From an uncultured Clostridia bacterium (lineage in GTDB: Bacteria; Bacillota; Clostridia; Oscillospirales; Acutalibacteraceae): 64,000 bases of DNA. The position numbers were made by a program, and so were the translations under genes. The stretch lies in the NCBI GenBank assembly GCA_938028975.1, contig CALHES010000009.1, forward strand, positions 32,792-96,791. Reading direction: 5' to 3'. Positions 29,106 to 38,639 of the stretch are shown piece by piece (positions within the stretch are counted from its first letter, which is position 1; the number at the start of each line of letters is the position of its first letter). The notes beneath the pieces are model-generated. The model made no database searches and was not told the DNA's origin. It was given only the letters and a program-made list of their open reading frames with translations.

Positions 29106-29885
29106 TTATTTGTGATTCCAAGGAATTAATTTTACTTCCTTTTGCGGAATTATATTTAATTTTTTCAAATAATCGTTTGCCTTTTTAAGATTTATTTTGT
29201 CATCATAAACGTTTGGATTATGAGCGTCTAAGCCGATAACAACCTCGTTGCCTGTTTTTGCGGCAATTTCCCAAAAGTCTTTGTTAGGATAATTCCTTTT
29301 GTCTGTAAATCCCAAAAAGTTAAATTCAATGGGAATGTCAATTTCATTCAAGGCTGTAATCATTTGTTCCATTTTTGCTTTGTAAATACATTTGTCGCCT
29401 GTAAAATTAATTAAATCAGGGTGTGCAATGTAAGTAAATTCACCGCTTTTTGCCGCTTCGATAACCTGCGAAACATATTTGCAAAGTGTTTCTTCGGAAT
29501 CTGTTTGAGTGCCTGAATATTTGGCATAATCTTCATATTCATTATCAACAAAATGTTGACCCAAAATTATAAAATCATAGTGAAAACTTTTTAAATATTC
29601 CAATTCTTTTTTAATTAATTTTGGGTAGTATTCAACTTCAAATCCTAATTTAATTTCTATTTTATCTTTGTATTTTTCTTTCAGCTTCATCACGCTTGAA
29701 ACATAATCTTTTGTTTTATCAAGTTCCATTCTGAATGTGCTTGTATGACCGTTTGGAAAAATATAAGGTGCGTGGTCGGAAAATCCTATTTCATTATATC
29801 CGTTTTTTATTGCCTTAATAACATATTCTTCGTCGGTACCCTTTGCGTGGTGGCATCTGAATGTGTGGTTGTGATAATTGTACAT
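29106..29885 (-). CDS. PHP-family phosphoesterase (histidinol-phosphatase HisK-like)
   Basis: N-terminal HNHTFRCHHAKG and SDHAPY metal-binding motifs of PHP histidinol phosphatases. 259 aa. The gene abuts the galT stop on the same strand. Confidence 0.75.
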   Translation of the reverse strand: MYNYHNHTFRCHHAKGTDEEYVIKAIKNGYNEIGFSDHAPYIFPNGHTSTFRMELDKTKDYVSSVMKLKEKYKDKIEIKLGFEVEYYPKLIKKELEYLKSFHYDFIILGQHFVDNEYEDYAKYSGTQTDSEETLCKYVSQVIEAAKSGEFTYIAHPDLINFTGDKCIYKAKMEQMITALNEIDIPIEFNFLGFTDKRNYPNKDFWEIAAKTGNEVVIGLDAHNPNVYDDKINLKKANDYLKKLNIIPQKEVKLIPWNHK

Positions 29886-31373
29886 TTATTTAACGCTTTC
29901 AATAAATTTAATAAATCCGGCTTTGCCGTTTTCATCTCTTGAATAAACACCGCATTGCTCTAAAATAGATGCAAAAACAGTGCCTATTTCTTTTTGCAAA
30001 ATTTCGTGGCAGTTATCTGCTGTAATGTCGTATTTATTCATTATCATTTCTGCCCATTCTTTATGGCTTGCAATAGACGGAATTTCGCCGATATCTTTTC
30101 CGTTTACCATAGCGTCCGCCAATTCAGCCATTTCATTTTTAAGTCTGCTTGGCAAAACCGCAAGACCCATAACTTCTATTAATCCTATGTTTTCCTTTTT
30201 AATGTGGTGGTATTCGGGGTGTGGATGATAAAATCCTAACGGGCATTCATCTGTTGTAATGTTATTTCTTAAAACAAGGTCAAATTCAAATTCGCCGTTT
30301 CTCATTCTTGCAATAGGTGTTATTGTGTTGTGCGGCTCATCGTTTGTATTTGCGTAAATGAATGACTCTTCATCTGTGTAGTTGCGCCAAGCGTTAAGAA
30401 TTTTATCTGCTAAATCAACAAGTCTTTCCTTGCTTTTTCCGCTTATTCTTATAACACTCATAGGCCATTTTACTATGCCGGCGCTAACATCTTCAAATCC
30501 GTTAAACGTTACTTTTGTTTCAACAGGTGCTTTTGCCATTGCAAATTCGTAATTGCCGCCTTGAAAATGTTCGTGGGTTAAAATTGAACCGCCTACTATC
30601 GGCAAGTCGGCATTTGAACCTATAAAGTAATGCGGAAATTTTTCAATAAAATCAAGCAGTTTTGCAAATGCACTGCGGTCTATTTTCATCGGTGTGTGTT
30701 CTGCATTAAAAACAATGCAATGTTCGTTGTAATAAACATACGGCGAATATTGAATAAAGAATTTTTCACCGCCCAGTTCTGTAGGAATAATCCTGTGGTT
30801 TTGGCGTGCAGGGTGGTTGATTCTGCCGGCATAACCTTCATTTTCTTTACAAAGCAGGCATTTGGGGTAAGATGTGGTTTTCATTTTTAAAGCCGCTGCA
30901 ATGGCTTTTGGGTCTTTTTCCGGCTTTGAAAGATTTATTGTAATATCAATGTCGCCGTAGTCCGTTTTTGTAATCCATTTAATGTCGTTTTTAATTCTGT
31001 ATCGGCGAATATAATCGCTGTCATTGCTTAATTTATAATAGTAGTCTGTTGCTTCTTTTGGTGAGGATTCGTAACGCTTGTAAAATTCGGAAATAACTTC
31101 GCTTGGCTTTGGAGTAAGCAAACCCATAATTTTTGTATCAAACAAATCACGGTAAACAACACTGTCTTCGCACAGCCCGTTTTGTATTGCAAAATCTAAA
31201 ATTGATGATAAAATTTCCTGCAAGTCGGTGCTTGTTGCTTCACAGTCTTCAAAAGAATCTAAATTTAACGCTTCGCAAATTCTGTTAATTGCCCAAATTT
31301 CATCTTCTTTTTCAATCATTTGGTTTGATATTGCATAGTTTGTTAACGATTTAACGGCTGAATAAATGTTCAT
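29886..31373 (-). CDS. galT: UDP-glucose--hexose-1-phosphate uridylyltransferase (GalT, type 2 / Gram-positive form)
   Basis: ~495 aa. Conserved FENxG.AG...H.H(F)Q-type core (GGSILTHEHFQGG). Size and architecture match family-2 GalT. Confidence 0.8.
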   Translation of the reverse strand: MNIYSAVKSLTNYAISNQMIEKEDEIWAINRICEALNLDSFEDCEATSTDLQEILSSILDFAIQNGLCEDSVVYRDLFDTKIMGLLTPKPSEVISEFYKRYESSPKEATDYYYKLSNDSDYIRRYRIKNDIKWITKTDYGDIDITINLSKPEKDPKAIAAALKMKTTSYPKCLLCKENEGYAGRINHPARQNHRIIPTELGGEKFFIQYSPYVYYNEHCIVFNAEHTPMKIDRSAFAKLLDFIEKFPHYFIGSNADLPIVGGSILTHEHFQGGNYEFAMAKAPVETKVTFNGFEDVSAGIVKWPMSVIRISGKSKERLVDLADKILNAWRNYTDEESFIYANTNDEPHNTITPIARMRNGEFEFDLVLRNNITTDECPLGFYHPHPEYHHIKKENIGLIEVMGLAVLPSRLKNEMAELADAMVNGKDIGEIPSIASHKEWAEMIMNKYDITADNCHEILQKEIGTVFASILEQCGVYSRDENGKAGFIKFIESVK

Positions 31374-31517
31374 GTTTTTTCCTCTTTCCGAAATTTATAT
31401 TTTATATTATAATATTAGGACTTTGTTTTTTCAATATTTAAAACAATATTTGCTCATTTTTATTTGCTTGAAAAAATGTGAATGTTATGTTATCATTGTT
31501 TGGCTGTGCTTTGCACA

Positions 31518-31543
31518 AAATGTTTGCTATAAATGTTTGCTAT
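31518..31543. repeat. Tandem direct repeat 2 x 13 bp (aaatgtttgctat) in the galT / NSS-transporter divergent intergenic region
   Basis: caaaATGTTTGCTATaaATGTTTGCTATaaagg, 10 nt upstream of the transporter RBS/ATG. Candidate operator. Confidence 0.4.
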
Positions 31544-31558
31544 AAAGGATAGTTTATT

Positions 31559-33040
31559 ATGGAAAGAGAAAAGTTTGGCTCAAGGCTTGGGTTTATTTTG
31601 GTTTCAGCAGGCTGTGCCGTGGGAATAGGAAATGTTTGGAAATTTCCTTATATTTGCGGAATGTACGGCGGTGCCGCATTCATTGTAATGTATTTAATAT
31701 TCTTGGTTTTGCTTGGTTTTCCCATTTTGGTTTCTGAATTTGCAGTAGGCAGAGGCAGCCGGTTGGGTATGGGCAGAGCATTTGAAAAGTTAGAACCAAA
31801 GGGTACAAAATGGCATCGTTTAAAATGGATTAGTATTATCGGTTGTTTTCTTTTGATGTCCTTTTACACAATGGTTGCCGGTTGGATGCTTTATTATGCG
31901 TATTTGGAATTAACCGGTAAACTTGCCGGCCTTGATGTTAACGGCGTTGGCGATATGTTTGGCACAATGCTTTCTCAACCTCAAACTATGGGGCTTTGGG
32001 CATTCATTGCTATTGTTATTTCTTTTGGTATTTGCGCTCTCGGTGTGCGAAACGGCGTTGAAAAAGTAACCAAGGTTATGATGAGTTTACTTATAATATT
32101 AATGCTTGCGCTTGCAATTAATTCTGCAACATTGCCAAACGCTGGGGAGGGGTATAAATTCTATCTTGTTCCCGATTTTAAGGCTGTTGCCGGGCAGGGA
32201 TTCGGCACTGCTGTGTTTGCCGCTATGAGCCATGCTTTCTTTACTCTCAGCTTGGGCATAGGCGCTATGGAAATATTCGGCAGTTACCTTGATAAAAAGA
32301 AAAAGCTGGCGGGTGAGGCTGTAAGCGTTATGGTGCTTGATACTTTTGTTGCCTTAACAGCAGGTTTTATTATTATTCCCGCATGCTTCGCTTTTGGTGT
32401 TCAACCCGATTCGGGACCATCTCTTTTGTTTATAACATTGCCTAATTTGTTTAATCAAATGAAAGGCGGCAGAGTTTGGGGAACAATGTTCTTTGTATTT
32501 ATGTCTTTTGCGGCTCTGTCTACAGTTGTTGCTGTTTTTGAGAATTTAATTGCAACATTTATTGATATGAAAGGTTGGAGCAGAAAGAAATCTGTTTTTG
32601 TAAATTTCATAATAGTAACCTTAATTTCGGCACCTGCTGTTTTAGGCTATAATTTGTGGACAAAGGTTCAGCCATTGGGTGCAGGAACAAGTATAATGGA
32701 TTTGGAAGACTTTATAGTTTCTTATAACCTGTTGCCTCTCGGCAGTTTGCTGTTTTTAATGTTTTGCGTTCGTAAAAACGGCTGGGGATTTGAAAACTTT
32801 TTAAAAGAGGCAAATACCGGCACAGGCTTGGAGTTACCCAAGTGGGCAAGAGTTTATATGCAATATGTTTTGCCGTTAATAGTAACCGTTGTTTACCTTA
32901 AAGGTTATTACGATTTCTTTGCAGGTCAGATTTTGGCGGTAAGAATCGGATGGATGATTTTTGCTCTTATTTTATTATTGGCAATTTTCGGCGTTTCCTT
33001 GTTTACCGGTAAAAAATCAATGAAAAAACCTAATAATTAA
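31559..33040 (+). CDS. Sodium-dependent transporter, neurotransmitter:sodium symporter (SNF/NSS) family
   Basis: GFILVSAGCAVGIGNVWKFPY NSS signature. ~12 predicted TM segments. Confidence 0.85.
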   Translation: MEREKFGSRLGFILVSAGCAVGIGNVWKFPYICGMYGGAAFIVMYLIFLVLLGFPILVSEFAVGRGSRLGMGRAFEKLEPKGTKWHRLKWISIIGCFLLMSFYTMVAGWMLYYAYLELTGKLAGLDVNGVGDMFGTMLSQPQTMGLWAFIAIVISFGICALGVRNGVEKVTKVMMSLLIILMLALAINSATLPNAGEGYKFYLVPDFKAVAGQGFGTAVFAAMSHAFFTLSLGIGAMEIFGSYLDKKKKLAGEAVSVMVLDTFVALTAGFIIIPACFAFGVQPDSGPSLLFITLPNLFNQMKGGRVWGTMFFVFMSFAALSTVVAVFENLIATFIDMKGWSRKKSVFVNFIIVTLISAPAVLGYNLWTKVQPLGAGTSIMDLEDFIVSYNLLPLGSLLFLMFCVRKNGWGFENFLKEANTGTGLELPKWARVYMQYVLPLIVTVVYLKGYYDFFAGQILAVRIGWMIFALILLLAIFGVSLFTGKKSMKKPNN

Positions 33041-33048
33041 CTGTTAAT

Positions 33049-33112
33049 GTGGGCGTTTATGGCATTATGTACAAAATTTTATGCATAATTCTGTTAAACG
33101 CCCTTTTTGTTT
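33049..33112 (+). terminator. Probable terminator downstream of the NSS transporter gene
   Basis: gggcgttta...(35-nt loop)...taaacgccc followed by tttttgttttt. The long loop lowers confidence. Confidence 0.35.
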
Positions 33113-33177
33113 TTGTATTTACATTGCCATTTTACTTTGTTATAATTGTTATATAGCAAAATTTGGGAGTAAAAATT

Positions 33178-35508
33178 ATGAAAAAAAGAGTTTTGGCTGT
33201 TTTTTTATCACTTGTAATTTGCATTGGAGCATTTGCGGGTTTCGGTTCAAATGCTGTTTTTGCGGCTTCGGCTACATCGGGCAGCTGCGGCACAGGTGTA
33301 ACATACAGCTATAATAAAGACACAAAGGTTTTAACAATCAGTGGTTCGGGCAGCATTAAGGATTACGGTCAAACAACTCTTAACCATGTTCCTTGGTATG
33401 ATTTTAAAACCGAGTGCGTTAAAGTTGTTATTAATGAGGGTATAACCGGCATAGGCGACAGAGCGTTTTATAATATGTCTGTTTTAACAAGCGTTACATT
33501 GCCGTCAACACTTAAAACAATAAGCGATTATTCGTTTGCCGAATGTCCTTTGCTGAATAATGTTACATTACCGTCAAACCTTCAAACAATTCGTTCATAT
33601 GCGTTTCAAAAATGTACTTCCCTTACTAAAATTGTTATTCCCGACAGTGTAACAAGTTTTGGTAAAACAAGACTGGGTTCTATTGAAACGGGTTATGTTT
33701 TTGCAGATTGCACAAATCTTAAATCGGTTACATTCGGCACAGGTTTGTCTTCAACGGGTAATAGCTGCTTCAGAGACAGCGGCGTTTCAACAGTTACCTT
33801 ATCCGATTCCATAACAGAAATATCAACTTATTCTTTCTTTAATTGTAAAATTCAAACAATAGAATTGCCTCAAAGAGTTGTGAAAATCGGAACCAGGTCA
33901 TTTGCCAATAATGGCTTAATTTCAAAGGTTACGGTTAATAACAGCGAATGCACTTTTGAAGGCTTGATAAATGAGGACCCGTTTAACGGCAGTCAGCAAA
34001 GTTTGGTGTTTTACGGTCATTCACAGTCAACTACACAAACATATGCAAACGAGCATAATTACGGATTTGTGTCATTAGACCCGTGCGCTCATGATAATCT
34101 CAGCGAGGTAATAACATTAGAGCCTACCTGTACCGAAAAAGGCTCTAAAAATATTGTTTGTGATGATTGCGGCGCAGTAGTAAGAACAGAAGAAATTGAC
34201 GCTTTAGGTCATGATTTTAAAACCTTTAATACTGCCGATATGACAGAGGCGGACGGTCATATTTACGAATATCAGGAATGCAGCAGATGCGGACAGGAGA
34301 ATTGCATTTATACACATAATGAATGGGTAGATGGCAATTACGACGAAACATACACGGGAAAATGTACTACGGTTTTGCGTGTAACAAAAACCTGCAAAAT
34401 TTGCGGAAAAACAGACAGTCAGTTTACTACAGGCCATAAAATGGGTAAGGTTACTTCCGAAGTACCGGCAACTTGCACAGAAGCCGGAAGTCAAACCGGA
34501 ACATGTTCAAGATGCGGCGAAACCTTCACGCAGGAGGTTGCGGCTTTGGGTCATAAAAATGTTGTAACTCAATCCTATGATACCGATGACGGACATACTT
34601 ACACTTATTACAAATGCTCTGTTTGCAACGAGGAATCAACCGTTTGCACTCATAATGAATGGGTAGAAGGTTATTACACAGAATTTGAAATTTCGCCTGT
34701 TTCCTGCACTGCAAACGGAACAGTTGAAAGAACATGTACTGTTTGCAAGAAAGTGGAAGATGAAACAATTTTAATGACCGGTCATGATTATGATGAGGGC
34801 GTTGTAACAAAAGAACCGGATTGCACAAACACAGGTACAAAAACACGTACCTGCAAAAATTGCGGCAATACCTTGGATGTTCCTATTGCAAAATTAGGCC
34901 ATAATTATGAAGAATCCGAAGTCTTGAAAGAGCCAACATGCACAAGCGTGGGAACAGGAACAAGAACATGTACACGGTGTGGAGATAAGGTTTCTTACAC
35001 TCTTAACGCATTGGGACATGATATTTCAAATGCACAGGATTATAAGTACATAAAAGAACCTACTTGTATTGATAACGGCACAGCATCAGGCACTTGTGCT
35101 AATTGCGGCGAGGTTGTTGAGGAAACCGTAAATGCTTTGGGTCATGATTTGGATACGGAAAATCAAACGGTTGAAACTGCACCTACCTGCACGGAAAGCG
35201 GCACGGCTACGGTTGTTTGCAAGCGTTGCGGCTCAAACGAAACTGTTATTTTGGATGCATTGGGTCATAACTACACATTTACAAAGAAGAGCGACAGCGG
35301 CGAAACATTTATTTATAACTGCACAAGATGCGGCGGCGAAACGATATATCTTCAAAGAGTTCTTGTGCCTTTGTTTAAACCGAACATTAACAAAAATGTT
35401 GCTGATTTAGATAATGGTTACAGGCTTGATATTAACAAAGACGGCGTTATCAATATGCGTGATTATTCGTTGATTAACGGATATACTCAAATTAAAAGCG
35501 AGAACTAA
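33178..35508 (+). CDS. Secreted BspA-type leucine-rich-repeat protein with >=7 tandem Cys3-His mini-domains and a C-terminal type I dockerin
   Basis: Signal peptide MKKRVLAVFLSLVICIGAFAGFGSNAVFA. LRR units (ITxIGxxAFxxCxxLTSVTLPSxL). Repeats of [E/A]PTCTxxGxxxxxCxxCGxxxxxxxxALGHxY. C-terminal DINKDGVINMRDYSLINGY is a dockerin Ca-binding loop. Confidence 0.75.
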   Translation: MKKRVLAVFLSLVICIGAFAGFGSNAVFAASATSGSCGTGVTYSYNKDTKVLTISGSGSIKDYGQTTLNHVPWYDFKTECVKVVINEGITGIGDRAFYNMSVLTSVTLPSTLKTISDYSFAECPLLNNVTLPSNLQTIRSYAFQKCTSLTKIVIPDSVTSFGKTRLGSIETGYVFADCTNLKSVTFGTGLSSTGNSCFRDSGVSTVTLSDSITEISTYSFFNCKIQTIELPQRVVKIGTRSFANNGLISKVTVNNSECTFEGLINEDPFNGSQQSLVFYGHSQSTTQTYANEHNYGFVSLDPCAHDNLSEVITLEPTCTEKGSKNIVCDDCGAVVRTEEIDALGHDFKTFNTADMTEADGHIYEYQECSRCGQENCIYTHNEWVDGNYDETYTGKCTTVLRVTKTCKICGKTDSQFTTGHKMGKVTSEVPATCTEAGSQTGTCSRCGETFTQEVAALGHKNVVTQSYDTDDGHTYTYYKCSVCNEESTVCTHNEWVEGYYTEFEISPVSCTANGTVERTCTVCKKVEDETILMTGHDYDEGVVTKEPDCTNTGTKTRTCKNCGNTLDVPIAKLGHNYEESEVLKEPTCTSVGTGTRTCTRCGDKVSYTLNALGHDISNAQDYKYIKEPTCIDNGTASGTCANCGEVVEETVNALGHDLDTENQTVETAPTCTESGTATVVCKRCGSNETVILDALGHNYTFTKKSDSGETFIYNCTRCGGETIYLQRVLVPLFKPNINKNVADLDNGYRLDINKDGVINMRDYSLINGYTQIKSEN

Positions 35509-35693
35509 ATAAAATATTTTGGGCATACGGCATAAAGGTGTTTAATTATTCTTTAAGCGGTGTGCCCTTGTTTTTTTATCGGTATCTTTAACAAATATCG
35601 ACTGTTAAATTTAGGGAGTTTTTTCATCTTAAACTATTTACTTTAAACTTAATTTATATTATTATATATAATATAAAAAAACGGAGGTCTGAT

Positions 35694-36407
35694 ATGAGCA
35701 CTCAATATAAACGCATTTTGTTAAAATTAAGCGGAGAGGTTCTTGCCGGTTCAAAGGGAACAGGCATTGATAATGAAACAGTTGTAAAAATTTGTAAATC
35801 AGTTAAAAAAGTTGCCGATTTAGGAGTTCAGGTTGGCATTGTAGTCGGCGGCGGAAACTTTTGGCGCGGCAGAACAAGCGAGGGTATGGACCGTGCAAGG
35901 GCAGACCATATCGGCATGCTTGCAACGGCAATGAATTCACTTGCACTTTGCGATGCACTTGAGCAGCTTGGCGCAGATGTAAGAGTTCAAACAGCTATTG
36001 AAATGAGGCAAATTGCCGAACCGTACATCAGAAATAAAGCAATTCGTCATTTTGAAAAAGGCAGAATTGTTATTTTCGGTTGCGGCACAGGTTCACCTTT
36101 CTTTTCAACAGACACTGCTGCCGCTCTTCGCAGCGTTGAAATTAATGCAGATGCTTTGCTTAAAGCAACTAATGTTGACGGCGTTTATGATAAAGACCCG
36201 AATAAATATGACGATGCGGTTAAGTTTGATACCGTTTCATTTAAAGAAGTTATTAACAGAGATTTAAAGGTTATGGATTCAACCGCATTTTCACTTTGTA
36301 AAGATAACGATATGTCAATCGTTGTGTTTAACCTTGAGGAAGACCCTGAAAATGTTGTTAAAGCCGTTATGGGCGAACCTATCGGTACAGTTGTAAGTAA
36401 TAATTAA
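35694..36407 (+). CDS. pyrH: Uridylate kinase
   Basis: [11 protein letters not shown]...[12 protein letters not shown] canonical UMP kinase. Confidence 0.95.
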   Translation: MSTQYKRILLKLSGEVLAGSKGTGIDNETVVKICKSVKKVADLGVQVGIVVGGGNFWRGRTSEGMDRARADHIGMLATAMNSLALCDALEQLGADVRVQTAIEMRQIAEPYIRNKAIRHFEKGRIVIFGCGTGSPFFSTDTAAALRSVEINADALLKATNVDGVYDKDPNKYDDAVKFDTVSFKEVINRDLKVMDSTAFSLCKDNDMSIVVFNLEEDPENVVKAVMGEPIGTVVSNN

Positions 36408-36421
36408 CGGAGGTTTTAGTA

Positions 36422-36976
36422 ATGGAAACTGTATTTAATAAAACGAAAGAAAAAATGGAAAAATGCCTTGATTCTTTAAACAGAGATTATAAGGCTGTTC
36501 GTGCAGGTCGTGCAAACCCTGCTATTTTAGACAGAGTAACGGTTGATTATTACGGCGTACCTACTCCGTTAAATCAAATGGCTGCAATCAGCGTTCCGGA
36601 ACCGAGAATGCTTATGATTCAACCGTGGGATGCAAGCACACTTAAAGAAATCGAAAAGGCAATTAACACTGCCGAAATCGGAATTAATCCAAGTAACGAC
36701 GGTAAAGTTATTCGTCTTGCTTTCCCTGCATTAACGGAAGAACGCAGAAAAGAACTTGTTAAAGATATTTCTAAGCGTGCAGAAGAAGGCAAGGTTGCAG
36801 TTCGCAACGTTCGCCGTGACGCTATGGATGATATTAAAAAGCTAAAAAAAGATAACCAGATTACAGAGGATGACCAAAAAGACGGAGAGAAAAAGCTTCA
36901 AGATATAACAGACAGTTATATTAAACAAATTGAAGAAATGGAAAAAGCAAAAGAGCAGGAAGTTCTTTCAATTTAA
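36422..36976 (+). CDS. frr: Ribosome recycling factor
   Basis: 184 aa. VRAGRANPAILDRVTVDYYG signature. Confidence 0.95.
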   Translation: METVFNKTKEKMEKCLDSLNRDYKAVRAGRANPAILDRVTVDYYGVPTPLNQMAAISVPEPRMLMIQPWDASTLKEIEKAINTAEIGINPSNDGKVIRLAFPALTEERRKELVKDISKRAEEGKVAVRNVRRDAMDDIKKLKKDNQITEDDQKDGEKKLQDITDSYIKQIEEMEKAKEQEVLSI

Positions 36977-37039
36977 TTTTTCTAAAATAAAGGCGGGGGA
37001 TTTCCTCCGCCGTTCTGTCATTTTAAAGGAGCAATAAAA

Positions 37040-37756
37040 ATGGCTATTTTTAATAAAAAAGAACAGGTAAAAACAGAATTTTCTCTTCTTCCGAAACATT
37101 TGGGCATAATTATGGACGGTAACGGCAGATGGGCAAAAAAGCGCGGTTTGCCAAGAACCGCCGGTCATAAAGTGGGCGCCGATGTTTTTAAAAAGATTTC
37201 AAAAGAATGCGGCAGACTCGGTATTGAAGAAGTAACGTTTTATGCTTTTTCTACCGAAAATTGGAAGCGCCCCAAAGAAGAAGTTGACGCTTTAATGAAA
37301 CTTTTTCACGATTATTTAATTGAGGCAAAGGAAGATTTGGAAGAAAGCGGAAATATGCGTATTCACTTCGTAGGCGAGCGTGAGGGTATCAGCCCCGACC
37401 TTTTAAAACTAATGGATGACGCTGTTGAAACCACTGATTCCAGAACAGGCACAATAATTAATCTTGCCGTTAATTACGGCGGCAGGCAGGAAATTGTTTC
37501 AGCCGTAAATAAGCTTATTGCTTCAGGTAAAACATTAATTACGGAAGATGATATAAGCAATAATGTTTACACTGCGCCTGATTGCGATTTAATAATTCGC
37601 CCCAGCGGTGAAGAAAGACTTTCAAATTTCCTTTTGTGGCAGGCAGCTTACAGTGAGTTTTGGTACAGCGATGTTTTGTGGCCTGATTTTACAGAAAAGG
37701 ATTTACACAGTGCACTTGCTGAATTTGAAAAACGAAACCGCAGATTCGGAGGATAA
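37040..37756 (+). CDS. uppS: Isoprenyl transferase / undecaprenyl-diphosphate synthase
   Basis: HLGIIMDGNGRWAK...NYGGRQEI...RPSGEERLSNFLLWQ UPPS motifs. Confidence 0.9.
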   Translation: MAIFNKKEQVKTEFSLLPKHLGIIMDGNGRWAKKRGLPRTAGHKVGADVFKKISKECGRLGIEEVTFYAFSTENWKRPKEEVDALMKLFHDYLIEAKEDLEESGNMRIHFVGEREGISPDLLKLMDDAVETTDSRTGTIINLAVNYGGRQEIVSAVNKLIASGKTLITEDDISNNVYTAPDCDLIIRPSGEERLSNFLLWQAAYSEFWYSDVLWPDFTEKDLHSALAEFEKRNRRFGG

Positions 37757-37759
37757 AAA

Positions 37760-38629
37760 ATGAAACAAAGAGTTATTACGGCGGCAGTATTACTTGCGTT
37801 ACTCGCCATTGTTGTTTGGCAAATAAATACACCTTTATTTGTTGTTGTTATTGCATTTCTTTCGGCTGTTGCCACAAATGAAATTATGAAATGCGCAAAA
37901 GTGAAAAATAGATTTCTTTTAATTGCAGGCACTGCTTTTTCGGCTTGCGTTCCTTTTTTTGCAAGCGGCAAAGTTTTGCTTCCTATTGTAAGCGAAAGTA
38001 CGTGGTCCGGTGTAATCGGTGCTGTTCCCGGTGTTGTTTACATAATTGCGGTTGTGCTTGCATTTTTGCTTGCTATGTTAAAGGGCTATTCTCACACAAG
38101 TTTTGAGGATGTGGCAATTTCTGCTTTTGCTTCTGTTCTTGTTCCTTATGGATTTTCCGTGTTTATTCGCCTTCGTGATATGTTTGCGGATAATGAGCAA
38201 TTCGGCATCTATTTAATTTTCTTCGGACTTATTTGTGCTTTAGGAACAGACAGCGGTGCTCAACTTGGCGGAATGGCGTTTGGCAAACATAAAATGAGTC
38301 CTAACATCAGCCCAAAGAAAACAGTGGAGGGTGCTGTATGCGGCTTGATTTTTGCCCTTGTATTAAATGTTGTGGCTATGGTGCTTTATAATAAGCTTGC
38401 CGCTGTTACTTTAACAAAAACTCAAACAATCGTTCTTGCGTGCGTAAGCGTTCCTGTTTCGTTTATGGGTATGATGGGCGATTTAAGTGCGTCTGTTCTT
38501 AAAAGAAACTTCGGCGTTAAAGATTTTGGAAAAATCTTTCCGGGGCACGGCGGAGTTATGGACAGATTTGATTCATCATTATTCACAATTCCGCTTACAT
38601 ATGCAGTTGCTTTAATTGCTTTTTGTTGA
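37760..38629 (+). CDS. cdsA: Phosphatidate cytidylyltransferase (CDP-diglyceride synthase)
   Basis: Multi-TM protein with C-terminal KRNFGVKDFGKIFPGHGGVMDRFDS CdsA signature. Confidence 0.85.
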   Translation: MKQRVITAAVLLALLAIVVWQINTPLFVVVIAFLSAVATNEIMKCAKVKNRFLLIAGTAFSACVPFFASGKVLLPIVSESTWSGVIGAVPGVVYIIAVVLAFLLAMLKGYSHTSFEDVAISAFASVLVPYGFSVFIRLRDMFADNEQFGIYLIFFGLICALGTDSGAQLGGMAFGKHKMSPNISPKKTVEGAVCGLIFALVLNVVAMVLYNKLAAVTLTKTQTIVLACVSVPVSFMGMMGDLSASVLKRNFGVKDFGKIFPGHGGVMDRFDSSLFTIPLTYAVALIAFC

Positions 38630-38639
38630 GGTGCTTGAT

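Noticed and set aside
33081-33314. 77-aa ORF overlapping the start of the dockerin/LRR gene
   Set aside because: It overlaps the signal-peptide region of a well-supported gene in another frame. The Cys/Phe-rich translation has no recognisable family. The true start of the big gene (ATG 33178 with GGGAG RBS) explains the region.
34090-35400. Possible CRISPR-like or other DNA repeat array in the repetitive part of the dockerin gene
   Set aside because: The periodicity is at the protein level (~35 codons, degenerate at DNA level) within one continuous ORF. There are no short identical direct repeats with unique spacers and no cas genes. Also, the minus-strand ORFs here (34204-34494, 34526-34846) are just artefacts of this repetitive region.
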